Assembly (NCBI GenBank): GCA_009103225.1
Contig: RHPI01000810.1
Coordinates: 496,001 to 560,000 of the forward strand
Length of the DNA stretch: 64,000 nucleotides
Origin: Chlorokybus atmophyticus
Taxonomy: Eukaryota > Plantae > Mesostigma and Chlorokybus algae
Direction of reading: 5' to 3'
In this document: piece after piece, positions 9,838-23,600 of the stretch
Position numbering within the stretch: position 1 is the first letter of the stretch
Layout: the number at the start of each line of letters is the position of its first letter
Position numbers and translations under genes: made by a program
Notes under the pieces: generated by a model
Seen by the model: only the letters and a program-made list of their open reading frames with translations
The model's database searches: none
What the model was told of the DNA's origin: nothing

Positions 9838-12800
9838 ATGCTTGTTTGCGTGCGAACCCTTGCGGGAAGCGTCATCCAGCTTGAGGCAAGCACGACTTGT
9901 TGGACTGCTGCAGCAGAGTGTTTGGGTTTATTTAAAGAAACGAAACGTTGCTACTCAAATGAAACAGACACAAGCATGTGCGCGAGGCGTTTGTGGATGT
10001 GTGAGAACTATTGTGGTCATCAGTGATCAGAGCAGCTGACTGATTCCTGATTTGTCTTCTTCTTCCAGTGCAGTGGTGCGTCGTTCCCTGAGAACAGTGT
10101 TCTTGTTGTTGTTATCAAGCTGACTGCATATTCAGGTCGCACCAGGAGAGACTGTTGAGGAGCTCAAAGCGCGTGCCGTTGCCCTAGCTGGCCCGCCCGT
10201 GGCAGGCGTGCGTTACAAACTCTACCAACATGTGAGCTTTCGCAATTGTGTACCAACACGCACACCTCCCAACTCACAACAGCACGCATTCCAAACACAT
10301 GGCGTCTCTAGCATGTAGCTGGTAGTGTGCACAACGTGCAGTGCACCACGCAATCCTGCGTTGATAGCAGCACTGCAAGCAACAGCACGCTTGCAGTGCT
10401 GTTGCTTGCATGCTCTGCAGGACAAGTACATGCACACCAGATGATACGTGCGGGGTCGCACACGCACGCACACAGAGAGCCGTTGTCGTCGTGTGACCTT
10501 GTCCAACATGCAGGGTTCTGCGTTGGACGATCGCATGCCGGCGGAGTCTCTGCGCGTGCACCCAGGCCAGTTCCTGCTGCTCGTGTCCTTCGCTTCCAAG
10601 AAGACGTCGCGCAAGCTGACGTGGCAGCAGACGGAGAGCAGACAGGCAGCTCAAAGGGAAAACGACGGGGAGCAAGCGAGTAGCCTTGTTAGCGATGCCG
10701 GGTGCGCTGCAAAGACCGCACAAGGTGGGTGATGGCTACTTGTGTGTGTTTGACGTACGTGTACATGATGTCATCTACGCAGACAGGAGTGTACGCCACT
10801 TGCTGATCTGTACAACCTCTTAGCTAGTATTTAGCGTGCGTGCGCATGCGTGTGTTCTCCATCACATAAGACAATGCAGAACACATACAGAACACAAACA
10901 CACTCTACTCTATGCAGGTCAAGAGCAATCTACCATCCTCGACCCGCGTCTCCCCCACCCTCTTCCCTCCTCCCGTCCATCTGACCCCGACCCCGAGTCC
11001 GCGACGTCCCACCAGCGCGTATTCAATCCAGAGGACGTCCTGAACGACATTGCCGCGGACTTGGCAAGTGCTCCGCAGATTCCGACCATGGAAGATGTCG
11101 TGGCGGACGCGTTCCGTGAGCACATGGGGGAGGAGGACGACCACGACCATGCCAACAGCCTGAGCGACGAGGAGGAGAAGGAGCTGGAAGGGGAGGAAGC
11201 GGGGGAGAACGGGGGGAAAGAAGAGAAGGTGGGAAGAGAGTGACACTGTTGTTGCATGTGACGAGTGTTGTTGTAGACTTTTAGGTGGTATTTCCACACA
11301 TTAACAACACACGTGCACACGCACTTGTGCGCGCTTACACTTGTGCACACCTCAGCAGACGCACACACACAGATGCACCTACATGTACTGCTTATACAGC
11401 CATCACCCACACCACACCTTCTTCACAGGTTTGCCCTTCTACGACTCGGCCCCGCAAGCCGGAACCCTGGGAGTTTTTGCCCCTTCCCACCGATTCGCAC
11501 CGCCTGGAAAAGGTCTTTGCCGGGCTGAACGCGGTGTATATGTTCCTGCAGCGCCAGCACCTGCAGGCCACGTGGCAGACCGTACGGGGGGCGTGGGAGG
11601 AGCTGGTCAGGAGAGAGGTGGAGTTGGAAGAGCTGGAGGAACTCGCCACGGTGTGTCCGCCGGTACGTGTGACAACAATGCCCAACACACAGTGAGCAAC
11701 TGTCAAAGAACATCAGCCTCTTGAGACATATGTCAATGTACCATGGTCAAACATTGCATGCACACGGGCGCGAGCGTGCATGCGCGCGCCCGCACACACA
11801 CACACACACACACCACCTGTGCAGTTTCATACGGTAGTATGCTACGTACTGTCTACCACTTGACATGTGGTTGTGTGCGAGAAGGTGATCAAGCTTCGTC
11901 ACGTGATGTCCGCTTCCGGCACCGAGCATGTGTTCATCGACCTGGTGGATCCATCTTCCAAGGCGCGGCACTACATCGCGCCACCCAAGGCGGTCAACGT
12001 GTTGCCCGACCCCACGCACTTCAACACGTCCGGCAACGCGGGAGTGAACAAGGGGGGCCTCATCTGGGATGTCGTCCCACCAGGTACGTGGATGTGTTAT
12101 TTGAGATCTTCTGGACAAGTAGTTGTGTTGATGTTGTGTCGGCAGCCAACAGGCGCATGAGCGATAAGCAAGCAGCGTCCATCGTGGACAGAAGGCGCAG
12201 GCTATTTCGCAAGTGGCTGGCTATCACCGTGTCCCACCTGCATGCGCAGTTCCTCCAGGCCAAGGGCCATGAGTCGTTCGACCCTCTTAAGGTACAAATT
12301 CATTGGCATTATGACACCAGCGCATGTAAGCGCACACACAAATACGTACACATACAAAAGCACATGTACACATCTATGCCTGCACGCCCGCGCCGCACGC
12401 GGGCGCATGTGCGCGCGCCTACACCCATGCACATATGCACGCGCATGCAGATGCAGATGCATGCGTATACACGGACACGCGCATGTACACATGCACACAT
12501 CAACGTTGTCGTCAGGCCGGCAAGTGGCACGAAACCTTTCTCGTGGACTCCGTCCGCCTCCCCGACCTCCTCGCCGCCGTGAGTGCGGTGGACGAGTCGA
12601 GGCTGGCGCCTCCGCCGCCATCGGCGCGGGTGGATCCGGCGAAGAAGGGGACGGACCCGACGAAGCGCAAACAGGACCACGTGCGGCAGGCGCTCCGGAC
12701 GCGGTGCAAGGGGACGGGAGAGATGGAGGTGGAAGGGATGCTGGGGCACCTCAAGGAGGTCCTGGGAGAAAACGGACAGGTGCGTAGGATGGTCGGTGTT

Positions 12801-15800
12801 ATGGCGTGTTGTTGGTTGTTGCATCCAACACAACACTATGCTACTCCGGCTTTTGGAACTGTGATGACACAAGAAAGCTTGTCGCTCACAATGGGCGGGA
12901 GTCTCATGCCTGGTGTCAACACATCAGTGTGCACATGCTGTTGTTAACGTGTGTGGCACTGCGTGTGCACTGGTGGTTGCAGATGGTGCACACGCAGTTC
13001 ATCCCCAAGAGGCTGCCGCGGTATCAATCGACGCCTGACGGCCTGTCGCCAGAGGCCAAGCGTGCTTTGCGACAAAAGGGCATCAAGCAACTATTCACGC
13101 ACCAGGTTGGGGTTACACACCGACACTTGCATATGATATGTGCAATCTGTGTGTTGGTTCGCGAAGTGGGCAATGCCTAACATGCCCCGCAGGCAGAGGC
13201 TATACGAGCTGCCCTCGCAGGCGAGCACATGGTCGTGGCGACGTCGACCGCCAGCGGGAAATCGCTCTGCTACAACGTGCCCGTGCTGAGCGCGTTGACA
13301 ACAGACCCGAACAGCTGCGCTATGTACATGTTCCCAACAAAGGTGAATCCCGTTCATGCAGTGCGTTGCGAGCACACGCACACACACGGGCGCATCTGCG
13401 CCAACATGCGCGCGTACATGTGCATGTGCATGCCGCACAGCCATGCGCAGGCGCGTGCGCACATCTGTGCACACACAAACATAACATCTGTGGAAATTGG
13501 GCAAACGTGTTAGGGAACCACATTTGCTATGAATAAGTTACCATTGTGTGCAAGCAGGCGCTGGCACAAGACCAGCTTCGCGCCCTGACTGAGTTCATGA
13601 AGAATGGGAACATGCGTGAGGAGGGCATTGCAAGCGTGTACGACGGCGACACCTGGCAAGGCGACCGCGCGGGCATTCGTGATACCGCGCGGCTGATCAT
13701 CACAAACCCGGACATGCTGCACGTGTCGGTGCTGCCGTGCCATCGACAGTTCAGAAGGATACTCGCCAACCTGAGGTGGGTGTGGGTAGTTGGGATGTGT
13801 GCTTGTTTGGTGAGTACATGTAGTCTGTGTTTACGCGTTGCTGGTGTACTTGTTGGTGTGGCACCAAGGCACCTCAAGCACAGTGCATGTGTGTGTGCAT
13901 GTGTCGCATGTGCATGTGTGTTTAATTCTGCGTGTCAGCAAGTGGTGCGTGCGTGGTTGCTTGTTTGAACTTGCATGTGCACATGTATGCACATGCGCGC
14001 ACATGTGCGTGTGTGCACCCCTATGTGCACGCGAGCTTGATGCCTCTGCAGGTATGTTGTTGTTGACGAGGCTCACGCGTACTCCGGTGTGTTTGGGTGC
14101 CACTGCGCGATGGTGTTCCGCCGCTTGCGTCGCATCTGTGAGCAAGTGTACTGCAACACGCCGCAGTTTGTTGTGGCGAGCGCGACCATCGCAAACCCTA
14201 GAGACCACGTGCAGGCAAGCAACGCACAAACATCACACTCCTCAACTTCAACTTGGCGTGCTGACCGCAAGCTGTCTCATGCATTAGCAACAGTGTAAAA
14301 AGCACCATTGGTCTATTCTCACATATATACATGAGCCTTTGACAACCGTCTCGTCACATGAAGTGTGCATGCGTGTGTGTGCGCGTGTGCGCGCATGTGC
14401 GCTCACTTCTGTTTTGCAGGCGCTTCTTGGCATCAAGGACATGCGCGTGATCACTCAAGACGGCTCTCCCTGCGGCGACAAGTACTTCGTCCTCTGGAAC
14501 CCCGCCTTGCGTTCCATGCCCAAATCCAGGTCCAACACCACCAGCAAGAAGCCCACTAAGAAGCCCAAGTCGAGAGAGAACCTCACCGTGCATGAGTTGA
14601 GGAGACTGGAGAGGATTGCACAGGCCAAGCAGCTGGCGGAGCGACGCGCGAGCCCGATCGTGGACCTGGCGCTACTGCTCGCGGAGATGGTGCAGCATGG
14701 ACTGAGGTGCATTGCCTTTTGTCATACGAGGAAGTTGTGCGAGCTGGTGCTGACGTATGCACGCGAGCAACTGAAGGTACGCGCACACGTACGCGCACGC
14801 GCAAGCAGGAAGTCAACATCTTGTTTCTCTCGACACTACATATGTCACATTGGCAAAAAGCACACCGCACTCAATCAGCCTTGTGAGATTTATGAAACGA
14901 TGCACAAACCTGTATATGTTACGTGGGCAGTGTGTCTCCGGGAGTAACAGCACAGGGCATTGTTACGACACTCACAATGTGCACAGTGTTGTTGAACACA
15001 CTGTTGTGATGGCTGTCATAATATGCAGGAGACGGACCCCGCCTTGGCCAACATGGTCCGTTCCTACCGCGCCGGTTACACCGCCTCCGATCGTCGCGAC
15101 ATCGAGGCGGCGCTGTTCTCCGGCCGCCTCCTCGGCGTGGCGGCCACCAACGCGCTGGAACTGGGAGTCGACGTCGGGTGCCTCGACGCCACGCTGCATC
15201 TGGGGTTTCCGGGGAGCATCGCAAGCCTGTGGCAACAGGTTAGGAGAGGGCTGGCAATGACATGTGGTGTGTTGGATGGAATGTGCGTATTGGTGATGTG
15301 CGTGTGCACGCGCATGCGCATGTGCGTTCGTGCGTGCGTGTGTCTCTTCTCCTGTGTGTGTCTGCATGTCTGCGAGTCTCTCTGTGAGAATTTGTCGTTG
15401 TGAGTGATGTTAATGTGTGTGTGGACAGGCAGGTAGAGCTGGTCGGCGTGAGAAGCCGTCCTTGTCTATATACGTTGGGTTCGATGGCCCGACGGACCAG
15501 TACTTCATGCGGAAACCTTCTGAGCTATTCACTCGCGCTATTGAAGGAGCACAGGTAACTTGCTACGCCGACGGCATGCAACACGTAGCCAGACAATAAA
15601 GAAGTTGTTGCTGAATGCATTTGTGTTGCAGGTAGACACGCACAACCCGGCTGTCATCCAGCAGCACGTGATGTGCGCCGCTGCCGAGCAGCCATTATTA
15701 CCCGCCTCAGATGCGGTCTACTTTGGTTCCAGTCTCTCCGCTGCCGTCGATGAACTGCTCAAGCAAGGCACGCTCGGTCGACACGCCACGCACATGGTAC

Positions 15801-17240
15801 GATGATATCTTGATATTCAGACGTACCTTGCGGGCGAGTGCGTAATGTTGACTTGTTTCTGTCTGTGTCAGGCGGATGTGGCTGTGCATTACATTGGGCG
15901 CGAGGAGTCTCCCTCGCGCAGCGTGAGTATCCGTATGATTGAAGCGATTCGCTACCGTGTTGTTGATGAAGCTACCGGTTCTGTCATCGAGGAAGTGGAG
16001 GAGAATAAAGCCTTCTTTGAGGTGTGTGCATGCGTCTATGTCTGCCAACAGCATGCATGTATCATACTTTGCTGTGTTATTGCTTACGGTAATGTTGTGT
16101 ATATGCAGATTTATGAGGGAGCGGTTTACTTGCATCAGGGCAAGACGTTTCTATGCACAAAGTTGGACATACAGAACAAAGTGGGCACCGTGCGTCGGGC
16201 TGATGTGAACTACTACACCAAGACAAGGGACTACACTGATGTACAGGTGAGTTTAGAGCCCCAATTGCTGTCATGCTGTTATGTCAGCTGAGAGCATAGC
16301 TCAATGTGTGCATGCGCGATCAGGTGATGGGCGGACAGCTGTCGTACCCTATGCGAAGGTCCAGCAAGCAGTACCCATCCACGACTGCTCAGTGCATGCC
16401 TGCTAGAGTTGTGCTGCGCTTCTTGGGCTTCCAACGCATATGGCGAGTAAGCAGTTTGCCATATGTGCAATAATGGGCTTGGCTACACAGTACAACAACC
16501 CAACATGTGTCACTACTGCAGGGCACTGGTGAGAGCTTCGACTCAATAGACCTGTTCTTGCCCGCTGTTGAGTTCAGCACGCACGCCTCGTGGATCCGCA
16601 TCCCGCACAAAGTGCGCGCGTCGCTTGAGCCACTGGGTATACCGTACGCAGAGAGCGTGCATGGGGCCAACCACGCCATTCTCAACGTCCTCCCGATGTA
16701 CGTGGCGTGCAGCACCAAGGACGTCGGTACTGAGTGCGCCTCACCACACGACACGAGATACAGACCGGAGCGGCTGCTAGTTTATGATAACCACTCTGGA
16801 GGCATCGGACTCGCTGCACAGGTAATACAACATGTGCCTGATAATGCGGACATACTCACGGACGCTGTGCGCTTGTGCGCGCGCGCGCACACACACATAC
16901 ACATGTATGTATTGCATGTATTTCTGTGTGTATATTTTCCTGAGATCCGTCACAAGTGGTTGTATGCTGTCTTTGCTACATGACGTGTGAAGTGGTGACT
17001 GTTTGTTAGGTGCAACCTATGTTTGCGGAGCTGTTGCAAGCAGCGTACGAGCTGGTGTCGCAGTGCGAGTGCGAGGCGTACGCGGGCTGCCCTGACTGCG
17101 TCCAGTACTACGGGTGCAGCGAGTACAACCAGGTGCTGAACAAGGAGGGGGCGATGGTCATACTGAAAGCGGTCATCGATTCCGAAACGGCGCACCGCAA
17201 CGGCACGGATGGATCCGCTGCATCTGAGCAAGCACCCTGA
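9838..17240 (+). CDS. HRQ1: HRQ1 / RecQ4-MrfA-family SF2 helicase with N-terminal ubiquitin-like and CDT1-like domains and C-terminal DUF1998 Zn-binding domain; about 20 exons
   Basis: [65 protein letters not shown] (DEAH box)..[83 protein letters not shown]-x-C-x4-C-P-D-C-x5-C. TGA at 17238-17240. Confidence 0.93.
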
Positions 17241-18048
17241 CTGCCCGATGCGGGACTAAGCAGTTTAGGGTAGTTGTTGTGTGGGCTTTGTTATATTAAC
17301 GCGAATGCTCAAAGTTGTTTTACTGACATGTGTCCTTTATTAGGATTGGTTTGTACTTGGTTGGTTGTATAGCTTTGCTGCAGCCATACCCTTGGCCTTT
17401 GCAGCAACTGCAGACGGCACCCGCAGTCGCTCGCACATAAAGCACCTTGATGATGACACCTTGCATACTGTCTTCTTACCGGCTGATTGGGAGCACTCAG
17501 CATTGATTCTCCGTGCTGCTGTCAACCTGTTGCCAATAAATTAGTGTCTGACACAACTGCAGCACCAGCAAAACGGTCATATCAACACATGTTACACATC
17601 AGGCCCCGAACTGACTGTTGCAAAATGAAACGTGCAATGGACGTTAATGCAGCACAGGTCATTAGGTTTCTCTGAAGCGAAGCAAACACATGCATTGGTG
17701 TTCTGCACTTTCTGTGAATTAACAAACCTTGTGGCAGCATCAGACAGTCTGCAGTATTTCTGCAGCATTCCTAATGTTGATAGTGCTGAGAGCAGCTAAG
17801 AGTGCCAGTTTGAAATCAACACAGTATGCATTAGTGTCCGTGGAGCAATGCAAGATTGCTTCTGTATTGCTGACATCGACAAAAGCCACCATGCTGATCA
17901 CAGTCTTGCAGCCAGACAGTCATTGACCATCCTTGCATTGACGCTTCAACAGCTAGGCTAAAGTGCACATTAGTCATGCACACAGATACAAGTACTGTAC
18001 AAAACAAAAGCAACCAATGCGCTGCAACAGGATAGCTAGCCCCTGACA

Positions 18049-19395
18049 CTAACTCGTGTAGCCGTTGTTGGGATAGTCTAGAAGTTCAGTTATCTGACCA
18101 TGTCTCCTGTTCTGCCAGGGTTTGCCGATGGTGGGGGGCAAGCCATCAGATGCCTGCGAAAGCGATCCAGTCAGCAGATATGTTACTGAGCCTCATAGCA
18201 ACTGCTAAATTGGATAAAAAGGTCCTCACAGTCAGGGCTTGGGCAGCGCTTCCAGGGGTCAACTTCTCAACGCGTTTGTGCACAACAGCTCGCCTGGCAT
18301 CCCTTGCTGCAGCACAACAATGCATGACAAAAGCATAAATGTGCGCTTAGCACAATAACCAGAACCACCGCAAAACTTGCGACGTACTGTAGTATTTGAT
18401 GTCATAAACATGTTGTGGCTCTGCGTGGGGGATGATCGCACGCTTGGGATTGGTCCTGTGGTAACCATAGAGCAAGTTAGCAACAAACAGGCAGGGTCAT
18501 TGGACATGGCCATTGGACATGCCATATCAGAAGCAACATTTCCGTTGGTCTTGCTGCATGGGTGCTATGCCAACTTCGCGACACAGAAAGGCCGCGACAT
18601 AGGAGATAAATTGATGGCTTAGCTGCCTGATGCTGCCGGTTGCCGAAGTACTGACACTTGGGCCAACCGATGGGTCCACGTATGCTGACTAGACAGAACA
18701 CAGGTTGCGATGGCAAGTGATGAAACCAACACGCGCAATCACCAGTTGCAGCAAACGGGTGTGCGAACTACCAAGTGGAAAGCACAAAACTACGTGCAGC
18801 ACTGAACTGTTTTGCAGGCCACGCGCGACATATGGACGGCAAGTGTGGTATGTTCCATAGAGTCATAATCCTGCAGAAAGCTACTGGAGATGTGCGTGCA
18901 GGTAGCATACCACACATTGTCTGCAAAGCTGTGCCGCTAGCTGACGGTTGCAGAAGCGGTAATCGGCAACGATTCTGTAAGCAACCAATGGCTAACTTAA
19001 GGACAACTAGACTGCCAGTCTTGCCAGTGGAAGCAGGCCAATATGTAGTGGTGTACACACTTCCATCAAACTTACTACGCATATACTGATTACTTCTCTT
19101 GTTCAACTCGCTGAACTGCAGAAATCTCAACAGTTTCTGAGTAAAGACCTTGAAGAGTAGCTGGCACAGGTTACAGAATAGTACTACTACAACAAGCCAA
19201 CTGCTGTTTCCTCTTCAGATATTTAGGCTATCGGCCGCAATTAGGGCACTCTTACCCGGGCGCGTGCACCCTGTAGCTGCCGGCGTAAGTCATGGACTCC
19301 CTAAACTCCTCACCGGCAGCAACGCCAGTCACCTCCCACGGCGCCTTCACCAGCTTCCTCAGACCGGACAGGGCCTGCCGTAGCGCCTTCGCCAT
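18049..19395 (-). CDS. NDUFA7: Mitochondrial complex I accessory subunit B14.5a (plant type); 4 exons
   Basis: Spliced product MAKALRQALSGLRKLVKAPWEVTG..YRVHAPGTNPKRAIIPHAEPQHVYDIKYYTRDARR..LLDYPNNGYTS* matches the plant B14.5a pattern (K-x-PWE-x-TG; VY-x-IKYYTRD-x-RR). All splice sites are GT-AG and in phase. Confidence 0.85.
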
Positions 19396-20671
19396 CGCCA
19401 CCGCCACCAGTAACACCACCACCACCACCTTTGCCACAAGCGACTGGCCATACCCTAATTTCTTATTCCGAAATATTACTTCGCACAACGGAACCTCGAC
19501 ATGATTAACCTTGATGTGCAAGATGCCCTGTCGCGTATTTCCTCATAGAACTGCGCTGCGCAGCGTGACACCTGCGAATAAGCATCTTCCGGGAACATGC
19601 CCCTTCCATTATCAAGTCTCGGTTCGCGGGGAAACTTTCGTTTCTCATCCAGCTGGCAGGAATTGTTTCGAACATCGCGTCTTGGCAACTTGATTGAATG
19701 TTGCGTTTTGCGTCACGTCCAGCAAAAGCCGAATTTAAACACTGTGCATTGCGTTGATTGCGTCCGTAGCGTGCTGTTTTAGTGGATTGCAGCTTAGGGA
19801 CGGCGGCGGCGGTGGTGACAATGAGTGGCGGCGGAGGGATAACGCTGAAGGCGTCGGTGGTGTAGCTGGCTCACTTGGTGAAATTTTTGGTGGCGTTTCT
19901 TGCAGGGTAGGTCTAGTTGCTGCAGTCTTGAAGGTAGCAGTCTGCTTGGGCGGTCTTCGGACTTGGGATGCTTGAAGTCTGGTCAGTGGTAGCGGGAGGA
20001 GCAAGCAGAAAACTGGCCTGATTGTGCTCTGGACAGCTGACTTGAGTAAGTGGTGCTTGCCAACAGTATGTGCAACCTCAGATCGCAGCTGTGACCAGAA
20101 CATCCGCTAGCTTGGATGTGACACTGGCTGCAGTTGGGCTTATAACGGATGAGCTTAGCCAAGGTGTGCCGCACAGGCGCAGAGTTGCAAAGCTTATGAC
20201 AAGTGCTTGATGTTGGTTACTGTACGATCACGTAACTGTGCCTGCACGATGTTTGTGAAACTGTTGCTTCTAGTGAGCAGGCGGGACACAGAGGAGTTGT
20301 TGGCAATGCACAGTCCATGCTGATCTCTTTTCAGGTCATGCTAGTCTAGCGCTCATGCTGTGGCATGCTTCACTGGCTAAGCAAACGTACTGGTCTTTTG
20401 GAATGTCATTATGTTAGTGTCTCTGCATGTGACACTAATCCGGTGAAAAGTGATGCTTACCATACATGCGGTGGAGCGGTACTGATTGTGCTTTCTGTTT
20501 CTTGACATGCTAGCCGTTCAAAGTTGCATATCAGATTCATCAGCACTCGTCTTTTGCAGCTGCCAAGCTCTTCATGAGTACTTGAGCACACGCGGAGCCT
20601 TGTGAGCAGCTGGCCGAAAGCTGCCCAGTGAGTGTTCATGAAGCCACTGCTAGATAGCCGAAAGTAGCAGC

Positions 20672-23600
20672 ATGCAGCCTGGACGGGACACACGCCATGA
20701 CCAGGGCGACGATCAGGTATGTGCTCGCGCCACAACGTCGGCAGGGTGGTATTGTGTGTCATGCTGTGAGCCGTGTTGATTCCCCAAGTATGCAACATGC
20801 TGTTGCGCAACGGGCATGGCTCAGGCGGTTCAGAATGTTGCACTATACGAGGGTGACGTTTGCACATCAGTGAGATTACGACTGATCTGGCAGTGCAGCC
20901 CAGCTGAAAGCTGCACGCGGGTTCAGGCTTGTGCACTTGAAGCACATTGCTCACACTGCATGCGCAGCAATCCCTGTCTAAGGAATACATTGGCTGATTA
21001 AGTGTGTATTTATTATGGTGGCAAGGCTGGTGAAAACAATGGCGCAGCCTTGGAACCTTGCTGAGTGTTGCATCTGTTCCTGTAGTATGTTCCTTGCAAT
21101 ACCATTGACGCTACTACCGCTGATACATGTACTGTGTAATGCCTTACAACGCTGTTTCTATATCTGTGTCTCAGTTGGAGGATAGGCGATGGCGCAACTC
21201 CCGGAAAACCACGCCATCAACATCTATGGATGCAGCTGCTCTTCGGGCGGCGTTGGAGGCAGGCTCTTGGGCCTCAAAAGATGAAGCCTCTTCGCGCAAC
21301 TCTACGCCGCGCGGATCGGAAGTGTCCAGCTCCTGGGATGACGGAGGCTCTGCTGTCACATCAGTTGCTTTGTACCGTGCAATCTCAGAAAAGAACAGCC
21401 TTGCCAGCAAGGTATGCCTGCGGCATATGCGAGCAAGATTGCCATTACTTCACAATTTGCACTGGAGGTTGGGTCAAGCACTTTGCATCTATAGTACAAT
21501 CAATCATCTTTGACACCCAACACTCATCACGACTTTTCATTTGATCTGATTAGCAAAGCTGTGCTCAGTTGTCTATGGTTGAAGCATGCAGTTACCCTGT
21601 CCAGAACTGTGGATTGCTGCTGACGGTGTGCACGCTGTGTTTGCTGATTATCTTATTGTTGAGCACTGTTGGTAAATCGCGTGCGTACTGAGTACTGGAA
21701 CGGCCGAGTGTTGATGGATTTGTTGGGGGGTTTAGGTGCAAGCTCTTGAGCAACGGTTGCGCCAGATGGAGCAATCCCCCAATCCATTTGCGGATGGCAA
21801 TTCCCATCACTCACTGAGGTTTGGACTTGAGAATGAAGGTGTCAACTGATTGGATCAGCCGAAGTACTTTTCACATTGCGCGTTCACAGGCTGTTTAGCA
21901 CTCACTTGCGCTGTATTGGGTACTCCATATAGGCCAGATGCATCATGGCCTCCCGAAGGTCAAATGCGGCATTCCATGTCAGACATGGCGTCTTTTCTTC
22001 CAAAGGACAACTTGAGGCCAAACTCGTTTCAGAATCTGTTTGATGACAATGCTCGCCTGCGCGCAACCAATCTCGAGCTTCAGCACAAGGTACGGTACCA
22101 TAAGGTACCATCTGCAATTGTTGATGTTGGAACAACAACACTGAGTTGCGCTGGATTACAGGTGATGGAGCAAGAAAGTTTGGTTGATAAGTTGACAGCC
22201 GACAACACCAGGCTGAACAACAACATTACTGCGCTTGAGGCAGCCATGAGGCAAGAAAGCGCAGATGCAGCGCAAGAACTTGACTTGGCTAGGAGGCAGT
22301 TTGCTGCGCAATTTGATGAAGAGTGCGAGCGCAGGGCGAAGGTATATATGCCAAGCTGCACACCAAGCTGTGCGCTCCATGCTGCTTTTGTGGTTTCTGC
22401 TTTTCAAATCAGATGGGTACTGCGTTGTGTGCTGCTGGGCCTGTTCTGCAAGCGATCTTAGTCAAGTCTGTCAGGTTGAAGAGGCAGGTCTGATGAGGAT
22501 TGGTGAGCTGGAGGCACAGCTGCAGCAGATGAGGGATGGTGCTGCTTCGTATGAGAAGCAGCTTGCGGATCTCAGGTCACAGCTGTCAGGGACCTCTAAA
22601 CTTCTTCAAGCCGAGCGGGGTGCGGCAGCAGCAGACCGAGATCGCCTACTGGCACAGGTACTTTGCATGTTGTCTACCTCATCAAAGGTGTGTCGATAGC
22701 ATTGTCCAGTTGTGCAATACAAATGTACTGGGTCGCCAACTGGTTGGCAGATGCAGACTGCTGGAGAACTCACAGCCATGCCGTAGGTTGATAGCTTGGA
22801 GAAGCGCATCAAGCAGTTGATGGCTGAGAATGCACTCGCCAAAGCAGATGCAGAGAACGAACTTGAACAGACTATCGAGCAGCTGGAGAGCGCTGCAAAA
22901 ATTCAAGTGAGCAAGGCTGTGGCTGAAGGTACGGAGAGACTCTGCTTGAGTGCTTATCTAGGTTCATGCGAGGTGGTGACCAAGCGTATGCGCAGGAGAA
23001 CACAACGTGGTTCAGGCACGTGCAGAGGCAGCCACAGTTATGGCTAACCAGCTGGCGGAGGCGCAGCAGCTATTGGAAGCAGCGGTTGCAGAGAAGGAGC
23101 AGGAGCTGCAGCGCGCCGTGGCAGCCAAGTGTGAGGAGCTGAAACAGCTGCAGGCAGCTATGGACAAGGTGTTTGCAGAGCAAGCTGCAGCGCATCAGCA
23201 GCAGTTGGATGCACAACAGGCTGCAATGGACAAGCTGAATGGTGAAATAGACTCCCTGGATCAGAAGCTTGCAGCAGCAGTTGCTGAGCGAGAGCAGCTC
23301 GTGCAGGTAAGCTGTAGCAGCCGTTGGTTCTTCAGCTGCGGCCTTGTCATTTTGCACATTGATGGCAGGGAACAGTTTGCTTCCATGCACTTACCCTTTG
23401 TCTAATGCACAATGCTGCTCAGTTGCAACATGCATTGGAAGATGAGCGGAACGAGCTGCAGCACCAGTTGCTAGCCCTACAGCAGCAGCTCGATAAGCAA
23501 CAATGCAAAACCGCAGAGGTCACAGCTGAACGGGATGAGCTATCGCGCAAATCTCAAGAACAAAAGGCGAAGGTGGCCGAGTTGCAAGCCCGATTAGGCA

